From an uncultured bacterium (GTDB lineage: Bacteria > T1Sed10-126), in contig CAZMIT010000008.1 of NCBI GenBank assembly GCA_964566495.1, positions 1-29,388 of the forward strand: 29,388 nucleotides of DNA. Direction: 5' to 3'. The translations under genes were made by a program, and so were the position numbers. This document shows, one piece after another, positions 1 to 9,048 of this stretch. The notes beneath the pieces are model-generated. The model did not search any database and had not been told where the DNA came from. It saw nothing but the letters and a program-made list of their open reading frames with translations. How positions within the stretch are numbered: position 1 is the first letter of the stretch; each line of letters opens with the position of its first letter.

Positions 1-50
1 TCCTTCGGACGGATAATGCACGACAGGTATGCTGTCGTGCATTATCCGGG
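1..50. repeat. REP-like palindromic element, left copy (17-bp stem 10-26/32-48, 5-nt loop)
   Basis: CGGATAATGCACGACAG-gtatg-CTGTCGTGCATTATCCG; positions 1-50 are the exact reverse complement of 29338-29387. Confidence 0.9.
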
Positions 51-54
51 CTAA

Positions 55-145
55 AACTGGAAACTGATAACTAAAAACTATAAACTGGACACTGGCAACT
101 ATAGACTGGTAACTGATAACTATAAACTGGTAACTGATAACTGAT
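55..145. repeat. Degenerate heptamer tandem repeat, 13 units, consensus AACTRNN (e.g. AACTGAT/AACTATA/AACTGGT)
   Basis: Read directly: aactgga aactgat aactaaa aactata aactgga cactggc aactata gactggt aactgat aactata aactggt aactgat aactgat. Confidence 0.9.
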
Positions 146-960
146 TAATCAAACAGAACGTCCTGCATGTCGTAAAAACCTGGCTCCGCCTGACTTACAA
201 AGCGGGCAGCGCGCAGGGCACCGCGAGCAAAAGTCTCACGGCTGGAAGCGCGATGAGTAAGCTCTACCCGTTCGCCTTCCCCCGCGAAATAAACAGTATG
301 TTCACCAGCGACGTCACCACCTCTTAAAGCAAGCACACCGATTGTATCCTGGTCACGCTCACCGGTAAACCCCTCCCGGCCGAAACAGGCCGCCTCACTA
401 AAATCAATCCCACGGGCTTCGGCGAGGTCCTTAGCAAGAGTAAGGGCGGTGCCACTGGGAGCGTCCTCCTTATGCCGGTGATGCATCTCCAGCACCTCAG
501 TGTCAAAGCCCTCGCCCAATGAATCGGAGGCCTGGACGATAAGCCGGCGTAACAGATTAATTCCCAGGCTCATGTTAGTGGCATAAACAACCGGAACCAG
601 TTCAGCTAAATTCTTTATTTCATTCATACCCTTCTCGTCAATTCCGGTGGTGCCAATCACAGCTGGAGTGCCGTTTTCAATAGCAGCCCGAACAAAACTC
701 CGAGTGGCTTCCGGGCGGGTGAAATCAACCAGAATTCCCTCGGAATCCAACACCTTTTCCGGCTCCGATTGAACAGTAACACCGCCCGGGAGGGAGGAAA
801 TTATATCCTCGGTCCGCTGACCTACAAGCGGACTGTTTTTTTGTTCCAGGGCCCCGGCAAGCGAAAACTCATCCTGGCCAGCAACCAGATTTAGGATTTC
901 TTTCCCCATGCGGCCACCCACACCGGTAACGAGCAGCCTGGTGGAAGCAGTGGCAGTCAC
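145..960 (-). CDS. dapB: 4-hydroxy-tetrahydrodipicolinate reductase
   Basis: GVGGRMG nucleotide-binding loop, VDFT, VIGTTG, EMHHRHKEDAPSGTA, HRASSRETFARGA; GTG start overlaps the dapA stop. Confidence 0.97.
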   Translation of the reverse strand: MTATASTRLLVTGVGGRMGKEILNLVAGQDEFSLAGALEQKNSPLVGQRTEDIISSLPGGVTVQSEPEKVLDSEGILVDFTRPEATRSFVRAAIENGTPAVIGTTGIDEKGMNEIKNLAELVPVVYATNMSLGINLLRRLIVQASDSLGEGFDTEVLEMHHRHKEDAPSGTALTLAKDLAEARGIDFSEAACFGREGFTGERDQDTIGVLALRGGDVAGEHTVYFAGEGERVELTHRASSRETFARGALRAARFVSQAEPGFYDMQDVLFD

Positions 961-1832
961 TGCAATTCAACCCCGCTTTCCGAAAGCAGTTTTTCAAGCT
1001 TATCATGAAGCTCGGGACGTAATTCGGTCATTGGCGAGCGCAGCTCGTTTTTACAGAGTCCACGCATGCTAACAGCAGCTTTTACAGGTATAGGATTTGT
1101 CTCCCAGAACATGGCTTCCATAAGCGGCATAAGTTCCTGGTGTATCTGCCGGGCCAGCTGCGGCTGGCCGTCCAGCCAGGCGTGAACAAGAGCGTTCACC
1201 CGATCGGGAACCAGGTTAGCAAGAACAGAAACAACACCTTGCCCGCCCACCGAAAGCATTGGCAGGGTGCGGCAGTCATCGCCGCTCAAGACGGCAAAAT
1301 CTTCGTCCGTTCCCCGGGCGATCCGGGCCGCCTGATCGACATCGCCAGAAGCTTCTTTGACACCGATGATATTGGGGATTTTAGAAAGTTCAATAACTGT
1401 TTCAGGAAGCAGGTTAATACCGGTGCGGGAGGGGACGTTGTAGACAACAAGACCAATATCAACGGCCTCAGCGAGACGTCGGTAGTGATCAATCATACCG
1501 CGCTGAGGCGGTTTGTTGTAGTAAGGGGTTATAACAAGCGCATAGTCGGCGCCGGCTTCCTCGGCGTGGCGAGTCATGCGAATCGCCTCGTGCGTGCTGT
1601 TGGAACCACTTCCGGCCAGGACCCGGGCCGATTCAGCTTCGTCAATTACGGTCTCAATTACTAACTCGTGTTCCTCGTAAGCAAGCGTTGCCGACTCACC
1701 TGTCGTCCCACAGGGAACGAGCACATCGGTACCGTTTTCCTCCTGGAAACGAACAAGACGACGCAGCGCCTGCTCATCAACGTTATCGTCTTTAAGCGGC
1801 GTAACCAGTGCGACCATTGAACCCTTTAACAT
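957..1832 (-). CDS. dapA: 4-hydroxy-tetrahydrodipicolinate synthase
   Basis: GTTGES, PYYNKP, YNVPSRTG, GVKEASG (Schiff-base Lys), SGDD, ETNPIPVK; adjacent to dapB. Confidence 0.97.
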   Translation of the reverse strand: MLKGSMVALVTPLKDDNVDEQALRRLVRFQEENGTDVLVPCGTTGESATLAYEEHELVIETVIDEAESARVLAGSGSNSTHEAIRMTRHAEEAGADYALVITPYYNKPPQRGMIDHYRRLAEAVDIGLVVYNVPSRTGINLLPETVIELSKIPNIIGVKEASGDVDQAARIARGTDEDFAVLSGDDCRTLPMLSVGGQGVVSVLANLVPDRVNALVHAWLDGQPQLARQIHQELMPLMEAMFWETNPIPVKAAVSMRGLCKNELRSPMTELRPELHDKLEKLLSESGVELQ

Positions 1833-1856
1833 TGAAATACACCTCAGGTTTAAAAT

Positions 1857-3125
1857 TTAATGATTAATCATTTTTTCTTTTTCCCAGATGTCTTCATATC
1901 TATCACGTTCACGAATAAGGTGCGCTGAGCTGCCATCGACAAGTAGCTCGGCCGGCCGGGGAAAAGAATTATAATGAGAAGCCATGCAGGCGCCGTAAGC
2001 GCCAGCGCTCATAACGGCCAGCAGGTCACCGGGGCGCGGTTCGGGGAACTGCCGTTCCTTGCCAAAATAATCGCCTGTTTCACAGACAGGCCCAACCACG
2101 TCGGCTTTAATAGGTTCATTATTACGAGGAATTACCGGCACTATGCGATGGTAAGCCTCATACATTGCCGGTCGAATAAGTGAGTTCATCCCCGTGTCAA
2201 CGACAATAAAGTTATGGGTGACGGATTTTTTCACGTAAGTAACGCGGGTAATCAGCGCCCCTGCGTTGGCAGTAATAAAACGACCGGGTTCAACAATAAA
2301 TTTAAGATCAAGATCGGCCAGGTAAGGTGAGATTATTTCCCACCAGCATTCCGGCGACAGAGTCTCCTCGTCTTCATAACAGACTCCAAGCCCCCCTCCC
2401 AGGTTAAGAGTTTCTACCTCAAGCCGGTGGTCACGCAGGCTACGCACAAGGTCGCGAGCTTTGGCGGCCAAACGCTTGAAAGGTTCAGGATCGGTTATCT
2501 GTGAGCCAATGTGAAAGTGTAGACCAACAAAATTCAGATTTTTGCTGCCGGCGATACGATTGGCAACAGACTCAACCTCAGGAAATGGAATACCAAATTT
2601 ATTTTCTTTCTTGCCGGTAGTAATCTTAGCGTGAGTTTTAGCATCAACGGCCGGATTAACACGAATAGCCACCTGAGCCTCTGTTTGCAGCTCCTTGGCC
2701 TGGCGCTGCAGCTGTTCAATTTCAGGAACCGACTCGACGTTAAACTGGCAAATACCGGCCTCAAGAGCTCGTCGCTGTTCGGCCGCCGTCTTCCCCACTC
2801 CGGAATAAACAATTTTGTTTGGATCAGCACCAACCTTGAGTACTCTTTCCAACTCCCCCCCGGAGACTATGTCAAAACCGGCTCCAGCCTCAGCGAGTAA
2901 CTGGAGCACAGCCAGATTACTGTTACTTTTGACAGCAAAACAGACTAATGAGTCCTGCTGGTTGAAAACTTGCTGAAATTTTTGCAATTGATTCAGCATG
3001 TGACTGCGACTGTAGACGTAGAGGGGGCTGTCGTATTTTTCAACCAGATCAGTCAGTGGAATATTTTCACAGTGGTATTCACCGTCCAGATACTTAAAGG
3101 CGGTGGCGGAAAAACTATCAGTCAT
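1857..3125 (-). CDS. lysA: Diaminopimelate decarboxylase (start moved to ATG 3125, MTDSF..., 422 aa)
   Basis: FAVKSN (PLP Lys), HIGSQ, GGG, EPGR, GPVCETGD, GAYG; GGAGG upstream of ATG 3125. The longer ORF start at 3287 lies inside argH. Confidence 0.96.
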   Translation of the reverse strand: MTDSFSATAFKYLDGEYHCENIPLTDLVEKYDSPLYVYSRSHMLNQLQKFQQVFNQQDSLVCFAVKSNSNLAVLQLLAEAGAGFDIVSGGELERVLKVGADPNKIVYSGVGKTAAEQRRALEAGICQFNVESVPEIEQLQRQAKELQTEAQVAIRVNPAVDAKTHAKITTGKKENKFGIPFPEVESVANRIAGSKNLNFVGLHFHIGSQITDPEPFKRLAAKARDLVRSLRDHRLEVETLNLGGGLGVCYEDEETLSPECWWEIISPYLADLDLKFIVEPGRFITANAGALITRVTYVKKSVTHNFIVVDTGMNSLIRPAMYEAYHRIVPVIPRNNEPIKADVVGPVCETGDYFGKERQFPEPRPGDLLAVMSAGAYGACMASHYNSFPRPAELLVDGSSAHLIRERDRYEDIWEKEKMINH

Positions 3126-4503
3126 TGTTGTTGACCTCCTGGAGCCAGTCGCCCGCCTCGGCAAGCGCCGCCCGGACCCGGCGGGGCGCTGTCCCCCCAT
3201 AAACGTCGCGGCGCTCCATGCAGGCGAGTGGATCGATATAATCATAAATATCCTGTTCAAATTTCGCTGAGAGGGATTGATATTCATTCAAATCAAGTTG
3301 CGATAATTTTTTTTCCTGTCGACGAGCCTTTTCAACCAGCTCACGAACGATGTTATGGGCACGTCGGAAGGGCTCGCCTTTTTCTACCAGGTAATCGGCA
3401 AGATCGGTAGCGGCAAGAAAATTCACCTCGGTGGCGGCCGCCATTTTTTTACGGTTAAAAGTCGTTGTAGAAATAATTTCTGGTAAAAGTTTCAACCAGC
3501 TAAGAGCGTCCAGAGCTCGGAAAAGATGAAATTTGTCCTCCTGGAGATCACGGTTGTAGGCGAGCGGTTGAGCTTTAAGCAGCGAAGCCATGCCCTGGTA
3601 AGCGGCAAACAGACGAGAGCTGCGGCCACGAATCAGCTCAAGCGCGTCGGGATTTTTCTTCTGTGGCATAATGCTGCTGCCGGTGGTGTATTGCTCGGCC
3701 AGTTGACAAAAGTCAAAAGCCGGTGTCGACCAGGTTATCCAGTCCTCGGCCAACCGGGATGCGTGCAGGGCAAGTGTGGTTAAGGAGTGGAGATAGTCGA
3801 GCATAAAGTCGCGTTCGGAGACAGCGTCAAGACTGTTACGGGAGAGGCGCGCGAAGTCCAGCTGGTCGGCGAGGAACTGGCGATCAATTTTAAAACCAGA
3901 GCCGGCCAGGGCACCACTCCCAAGGGGAAGAACGTCGAGCTCGTCCTTGATTTTTTGCAAACGGCAGTAATCACGGCGAAACTTTTCAAAAAAAGCTAAC
4001 AGGTAATGGGAAAGACTGACCGGCTGAGCGGGTTGCAGATGAGTAGCTCCCGGCAGCGGGGTTTCGGTCTCTCCCTCAGCCTTCCCCAGTAGAGCTTTGA
4101 GTAGAGTTAAGATACCAGTTTCCAGGTCAGTGGTGCAATCTTTAAGATAAAGCTTTACGTCGACGAGGACCTGGTCGTTACGTGAGCGACCGGTATGCAG
4201 ACGCGAGCCCAACTCGGGCAGTCGTTCAGTAAGCTCGGCCTCTATATTCATGTGAATGTCTTCCAGCCCGGGATCAAGCTGCAGCTCACCAGCGTCCAAC
4301 TCCGCTTTTATAGCGTTAAGAGTATCAACAACCTGTTGAGACTCGCCGGGTTCATAAACACCGAGACGCTCAAGCGCTCGAGCCCAGGCAATAGAGCCGC
4401 GAATATCATACGGATAAAGCCGACGGTCCAGGTCCAATGAGGAGGTAAAGTCAAGCATTGACTCGCCAGGTCCCGACTCTTCGGAGCTGCGCCAGAGCGT
4501 CAC
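3118..4503 (-). CDS. argH: Argininosuccinate lyase
   Basis: EDIHMNIE, HTGRSRNDQ, THLQPAQP, GSSIMPQKKNPD, YNRDLQEDK; start coupled to the argG stop. Confidence 0.97.
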   Translation of the reverse strand: MTLWRSSEESGPGESMLDFTSSLDLDRRLYPYDIRGSIAWARALERLGVYEPGESQQVVDTLNAIKAELDAGELQLDPGLEDIHMNIEAELTERLPELGSRLHTGRSRNDQVLVDVKLYLKDCTTDLETGILTLLKALLGKAEGETETPLPGATHLQPAQPVSLSHYLLAFFEKFRRDYCRLQKIKDELDVLPLGSGALAGSGFKIDRQFLADQLDFARLSRNSLDAVSERDFMLDYLHSLTTLALHASRLAEDWITWSTPAFDFCQLAEQYTTGSSIMPQKKNPDALELIRGRSSRLFAAYQGMASLLKAQPLAYNRDLQEDKFHLFRALDALSWLKLLPEIISTTTFNRKKMAAATEVNFLAATDLADYLVEKGEPFRRAHNIVRELVEKARRQEKKLSQLDLNEYQSLSAKFEQDIYDYIDPLACMERRDVYGGTAPRRVRAALAEAGDWLQEVNNND

Positions 4504-5711
4504 TGGCGGTCACGCCGACGTCCGGCAACTTCAAGCGGTAGTCCCCAGAGACGCACAAACCCAGGAGCCAGGGATTGATCAAACTCATCGCCCTCGTCGT
4601 AAGTGGAGAGCGAACGATCATACAGGGACTCGGGGCTTTTGCGACCGTTTACTACGGCATCTCCCTTATAGAGACGCACTCGGACCTTGCCGGTTAACCG
4701 TTCCTGACTCTTGTTGACAAAAGCGTCCAGGGACTCGCGAAGATCTGAAAACCAGAGACCGTTGTAAACCAGCTCAGAGTATTTTGGCGAAATTCGCTGT
4801 AGATGGTGGTAAACGTCACGATCGAGGACGAGATCCATCAGGGCGCGGTGGGCTTCGAGCAGAACAACAGCTGCCGGTGCCTCGTATATTTCACGTGATT
4901 TAATGCCGACAAGCCGATTTTCAACCATATCAATTCGGCCAACGCCGTGGCGACCGGCGAGCTCATTTAGCCGCTCAATAAGGTCTACAAGAGCAAGTTC
5001 ACTGCCGTTTAAGGCAACTGGTTTCCCCTGTTCAAACTCCAGCGTCACTTCTTCCGGCTCATCAGGGGCTTCGAGAGGATTAGTCGTCCAGAGGTAAACG
5101 TCCTCGGGCGGCCGGTTCCAGGGGTCCTCCAGCGGGCCACACTCAATACTTACTCCCCAGAGGTTGCGGTCATAGCTGTAGGGGCTTTCCGCTGTCGCCT
5201 CGACCGGAATATTGTGGCGGTCAGCGTATTCAATTTCATCCTCACGAGTATCCAGTTCCCAATGGCGCACAGGGGCCAGCACTTCAATATCAGGCGCCAG
5301 GGCCCGGGCCGAAACTTCGAACCGTACCTGGTCGTTGCCTTTCCCAGTGCTACCGTGAGCAACAGCGTCAGCATCGTATTCGCGGGCAATATCAACAAGG
5401 TGTTTAGAAATAAGGGGACGAGCAAGAGCGGTTGCCAGCGGGTAACCGTTCTCATAGACGGCCTGAGCTTTTAGCCCCGGCAAAACGTATTGGCTGGCAA
5501 ACTCTTCGCGCACATCGCGAATCTGAATGTCGGCGGCTCCTGCCGCTTCGGCTCGTTCCGGCAGCGGCGCCAGGTCTTCTCCCTGGCCAACGTCGGCGGC
5601 GAATGCAATAACCTCACAGTCATAATTTTCTTTCAGCCAGTGAACGATGACGGAAGTATCCAAGCCACCGCTAAAAGCAAGTACAACTCGATTGATCTCC
5701 TTCTTCTCCAT
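4500..5711 (-). CDS. argG: Argininosuccinate synthase
   Basis: AFSGGLDTS, HGSTGKGNDQVRF, GRIDMVENRLVGIKSREIYEAP; AGGAGG RBS. Confidence 0.98.
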   Translation of the reverse strand: MEKKEINRVVLAFSGGLDTSVIVHWLKENYDCEVIAFAADVGQGEDLAPLPERAEAAGAADIQIRDVREEFASQYVLPGLKAQAVYENGYPLATALARPLISKHLVDIAREYDADAVAHGSTGKGNDQVRFEVSARALAPDIEVLAPVRHWELDTREDEIEYADRHNIPVEATAESPYSYDRNLWGVSIECGPLEDPWNRPPEDVYLWTTNPLEAPDEPEEVTLEFEQGKPVALNGSELALVDLIERLNELAGRHGVGRIDMVENRLVGIKSREIYEAPAAVVLLEAHRALMDLVLDRDVYHHLQRISPKYSELVYNGLWFSDLRESLDAFVNKSQERLTGKVRVRLYKGDAVVNGRKSPESLYDRSLSTYDEGDEFDQSLAPGFVRLWGLPLEVAGRRRDRQ

Positions 5712-5839
5712 AAATAAACCTCCTGAATTAATGTTAGTTGCCCTCTGTTATTTATCAGGGCTATATTTGAGCCCCGGGTCCTCTTTCATTTAGCTTCTAT
5801 CAGCAATCAAACTTCAGTGCTATAATTTGTTGAGTGTTA

Positions 5840-6667
5840 CTATAAAAGCAGCCCCCCTAAAGCAGCCAGAAGTCGGGCAAAATTTTTCATCTGTTGACGA
5901 TATAAAATTTCATCACTGCCCTGAAACAGCTCCACTCGAGAACGCCAGGGCGAGGCCATAGAAAGCAGTGCCGGCCCGGCAACGGCGTCGGCCAGATCCC
6001 CGGGACGACCGTCCAGGACTGCTTCACAGCCCCGGCCCAGATAGAGAACACCACTATTTTCGGGCCAGCCTGTTCCATTTATAATTTCAATAACTGCCCC
6101 GCGGTCAAGCAGGGACTTCAAAAGGACCCGGTCCGGCTCGACGCCGGAAGGAAGACGTAATTCCAGCTCAAATTCAAACAACAGCGAGGCGCGCATCAGG
6201 CTGTAACAAAAAGCGTCAACACGGCCAACATAAGTTAACTTGTCCAGCTCCTGGCGGGCGGAAATTGTATAATAATCAGTTAAAATTTGACAGGGGACAA
6301 AGCGGCTACTACCCAGGTTGACAACCGGGGCCGGACTTTTGGCAGCCAGCTTTTCAGCCAGTCGTTGTTCCGTAAACTGCAGGGCGAATAGATCAACCAG
6401 CGGTGCCGCCGCAAGCAACTCCTCCACCTGCTGATTATTTTCTACTGCGCTGACAAGCAGCGGAAACAGCTCCCCTTGACGCTGACGGACAGCCTCGTAG
6501 GCCACTGCCCGCAGAGGTGGAGAGTCCGCGGCCAAACCGAGACGTAGTGGACGTTTAGGACCAAATCCCGGTATTAACGGCCGATCAAGGGCAGAAAAAA
6601 GTCTCTGGCTCGCTTCTGAACCAATAAATTCCAGGCCAAGCAGGTGGGGTGGGAAATCAGAACTCAT
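5840..6667 (-). CDS. Highly degenerate ornithine/aspartate carbamoyltransferase-fold protein (ArgF-like, catalytic motifs lost)
   Basis: PVVNLGSSRFVPCQILTDYYTI resembles OTCase PVINGLSDxxHPCQxLADxxTI; TYVG and LPSGVEP resemble AYVGD and PxGYEP; sits immediately upstream of argG; open frame with GGAGG RBS. Confidence 0.7.
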   Translation of the reverse strand: MSSDFPPHLLGLEFIGSEASQRLFSALDRPLIPGFGPKRPLRLGLAADSPPLRAVAYEAVRQRQGELFPLLVSAVENNQQVEELLAAAPLVDLFALQFTEQRLAEKLAAKSPAPVVNLGSSRFVPCQILTDYYTISARQELDKLTYVGRVDAFCYSLMRASLLFEFELELRLPSGVEPDRVLLKSLLDRGAVIEIINGTGWPENSGVLYLGRGCEAVLDGRPGDLADAVAGPALLSMASPWRSRVELFQGSDEILYRQQMKNFARLLAALGGLLL

Positions 6668-6696
6668 TGTTTAACGCCTCCCTGGCCCGAAGATGA

Positions 6697-7791
6697 TTAG
6701 AGTAACTCTTCCATCACTTGAATTCGCTTGTTCGCCAACCGTTCCAGTGCCTGGTGATTAACGTCCTTCTCATCTGTCAGCTTCTCTTCCCAGCGCTGCC
6801 GGTAAGCCTCGTAAAGTTCTTCCAGCTCCGCCTCACTCAGAAAAGGCCAGATTTCCCGACGAGACTCTTTCAACGCCTCCAGGGACTGATAATCATCCTC
6901 CGGCCAGCGCTCCCGGTAAGCCTCCTGCAGCGTCAAAGAAGAATCCTTAAGCTGCTGCCAGTATTCAACAACTTCAGCAACATGTTCCTGGTAGGTAAAT
7001 GATTTTGCTCCAAGATCATAAATAGTACAGCGTTCTAACGGGATATGCAGACGCTCATAAAGACTTAATTCATACTCCGGCGCAAGCAGTGCATCCCGGC
7101 GCAACAAATCTGTCCCGGGCAGTGCAATGGTCAGATCCATGTCCTCCTCGGCCAGCTTAAAACGGCCTTCAACATAAAAAACAAGCGTTCGGTCGTAATC
7201 AAAAGTAGCCTCTAATTGCCGGTGAAAATCAGTAAGTATATCACGCGCCCGACCACAACCAATAGTAAGGACCACCAGGTTACTGACCGGTTTCCCTTCC
7301 GTCCGGGCATTCTCAAGCAACACCTGGAGGCCGTTTTCCATCGTTGATCCCGTGGCTATACAATCACCGATTAGAAGCGTAGAACCGGGGAGATAGTCAA
7401 TTTTCCGATACTGGTCCTGTTTAATCTGCCAGCGCTTGCCACGCTGATAACGCTGGGAAGTCATGTAAGAGCAATACTGGCGGTTAAATCCATAGGCTTC
7501 GCTGAGAGCCTCGCGAAGCTGAAAGTTAAGCCCGCCGCGCAAAAAATGAAGAATACAATTTTCTTTACCGTTTTTCTCACCAATCAGCTCAGCAAGCGGA
7601 TCCAGCTTCAGCAAGCGGCTGGCTGCCGTCCGCATGCCCTCGGGAAATTTAATCCCCACCAGCTCAGGCCGGTTACAGATTTCCCTTGTCTCAGGGGTTG
7701 AAAAGATATATTCTTCGATCGGACTGTGGTTATCCTCTATCTGATAGAGGCTAATATCTCTGTCACGATGTAATGCTTCAAGCTGTGTCAT
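6697..7791 (-). CDS. Type I phosphoribosyltransferase-fold protein of unknown substrate
   Basis: LHFLRGG (UPRTase-like ILRxG loop) and LLIGDCIATGST (PRPP-binding loop); GGAGGAG RBS. Confidence 0.7.
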   Translation of the reverse strand: MTQLEALHRDRDISLYQIEDNHSPIEEYIFSTPETREICNRPELVGIKFPEGMRTAASRLLKLDPLAELIGEKNGKENCILHFLRGGLNFQLREALSEAYGFNRQYCSYMTSQRYQRGKRWQIKQDQYRKIDYLPGSTLLIGDCIATGSTMENGLQVLLENARTEGKPVSNLVVLTIGCGRARDILTDFHRQLEATFDYDRTLVFYVEGRFKLAEEDMDLTIALPGTDLLRRDALLAPEYELSLYERLHIPLERCTIYDLGAKSFTYQEHVAEVVEYWQQLKDSSLTLQEAYRERWPEDDYQSLEALKESRREIWPFLSEAELEELYEAYRQRWEEKLTDEKDVNHQALERLANKRIQVMEELL

Positions 7792-7809
7792 CGAGCAACT
7801 CCTCCAGTT

Positions 7810-8574
7810 CTACCAGCTATTTCTTAGCTGGCGAAGATGTTGGAATACCTCCCGGCCGGTCGGCGAGTCGGGCAAGCCCCTTAAGTTGTTGATCAGTTGC
7901 GGATCATCAAACCGGAGAAAGGGGTTGTAGCGTTTTTCCTCGCCCAGTATCGACTCGGGTTCTTTGTTACCAACTTTAGTTCCTTTAACATAATCAATTT
8001 TCTGTTGAATTATCTCGCTATCGGGTTCAAACTTACGCGCGAACTTTAAATTCTTAAGAGCGTAATCATGTCCGGGCATTAGTTTAAGACGATCCGGCAG
8101 CGAGCGAAGCTTATTTTTAATCGATTGGTAAAGCTCCCGTGTATCACCACCGAACTTAGGATTACCGCAACCGGCGAGAAAAAGTGTGTCGCCGGTGATC
8201 AAGCAATCGGACGACTTAAGACAGATACTCCCCGGGGTGTGACCGGGAGTATGTAAAACTTCAAGTCGCTCCTCACCCAGCTCCAGAACATCCCCCTCGC
8301 GCAATTCGCGATCAAGCTTGCCAATTTGACGGGCGGCTTTCACATGGCCGTAAATTTCAACATCGGAGCCACTGGCGAACTGCTGGTTGGCACCTGTGTG
8401 GTCGCCGTGACCGTGGGTATTAACAATCCAGACCGGTTGGAGCGACTGCCGGGCCAGGAAACGCTCCACGGCACCACTGGCCACGGGGTCTACAAGACCG
8501 GCTTCGCCTGATGCTTGTGAATATACCACATAGGAGTAGTTGTCACCATACTCGCTCCGTAACCGTTTTATCAC
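7810..8574 (-). CDS. gloB: Metallo-beta-lactamase-fold hydrolase, hydroxyacylglutathione hydrolase (glyoxalase II)-like
   Basis: DNYSY, THGHGDH, TPGHT, TGDTLFLAGCG, PGHDY, NLKFA, EKRYNPFLR. Confidence 0.85.
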   Translation of the reverse strand: MIKRLRSEYGDNYSYVVYSQASGEAGLVDPVASGAVERFLARQSLQPVWIVNTHGHGDHTGANQQFASGSDVEIYGHVKAARQIGKLDRELREGDVLELGEERLEVLHTPGHTPGSICLKSSDCLITGDTLFLAGCGNPKFGGDTRELYQSIKNKLRSLPDRLKLMPGHDYALKNLKFARKFEPDSEIIQQKIDYVKGTKVGNKEPESILGEEKRYNPFLRFDDPQLINNLRGLPDSPTGREVFQHLRQLRNSW

Positions 8575-8976
8575 TTATTTGTCGCCCTCCAGCAGTTCCT
8601 TGACACGCTCTGGGTCGGCACTCCTGAACACCATCAATCCCTTCTGTTGGGAGGGCATACCGGTACAATAAGCGTACTCAATATTAACCTCGTGGTCGGC
8701 CAGGCGTCCGGCCAGTTCAGCAAGAGCTCCGGGTTTATTTTCTAAACCGACTACCAGCACATCATTTTCCACGACCAGCAGGCCCTGCTCCTCAAGCTGG
8801 TGAACTGCCGGACCGGGTTTGTCGACAATCATGCGCACGACAGCGTGGTCAACTGTGTCGGAAACCGTCATTGCTAAAATGTTTACCTCTTTTTCCTGCA
8901 AACTTTCACAGACACTGGCTAGAGTGCCAGGCCGATTGGCGAGAAAGATAGACAGCTGTTTCCTGATATTAACCAT
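8575..8976 (-). CDS. Tandem ACT-domain protein (start set to ATG 8976)
   Basis: QLSIFLANRPGTL and LENKPGALAE...VNIEYAY, two ACT repeats; GAAGGAG upstream of ATG 8976. Confidence 0.88.
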   Translation of the reverse strand: MVNIRKQLSIFLANRPGTLASVCESLQEKEVNILAMTVSDTVDHAVVRMIVDKPGPAVHQLEEQGLLVVENDVLVVGLENKPGALAELAGRLADHEVNIEYAYCTGMPSQQKGLMVFRSADPERVKELLEGDK

Positions 8977-9020
8977 ATCATTACACTCCTTCTTGAATTT
9001 TTTTAATTCAGTCACAATTA

Positions 9021-9048
9021 ACTATATTATTTAACGCTGAAAATTCAA
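9021..9048 (-). promoter_or_regulatory. Possible sigma70 promoter for the ACT-arg-dap genes
   Basis: Minus strand TTGAAT-16 nt-TATAGT in the AT-rich gap at the dnaE stop; motif match only. Confidence 0.35.

Noticed and set aside
55..145. Heptamer array as a CRISPR array or coding repeat
   Set aside because: 7-bp period with no spacers, and it lies outside any credible ORF.
3126..3287. N-terminal extension of LysA
   Set aside because: It overlaps argH, and a good RBS and ATG exist at 3125.
5720..5740. ARG box upstream of argG (TGAATTAATGTTAG)
   Set aside because: Only a half-site matches, there is no tandem box, and no argR is in view.
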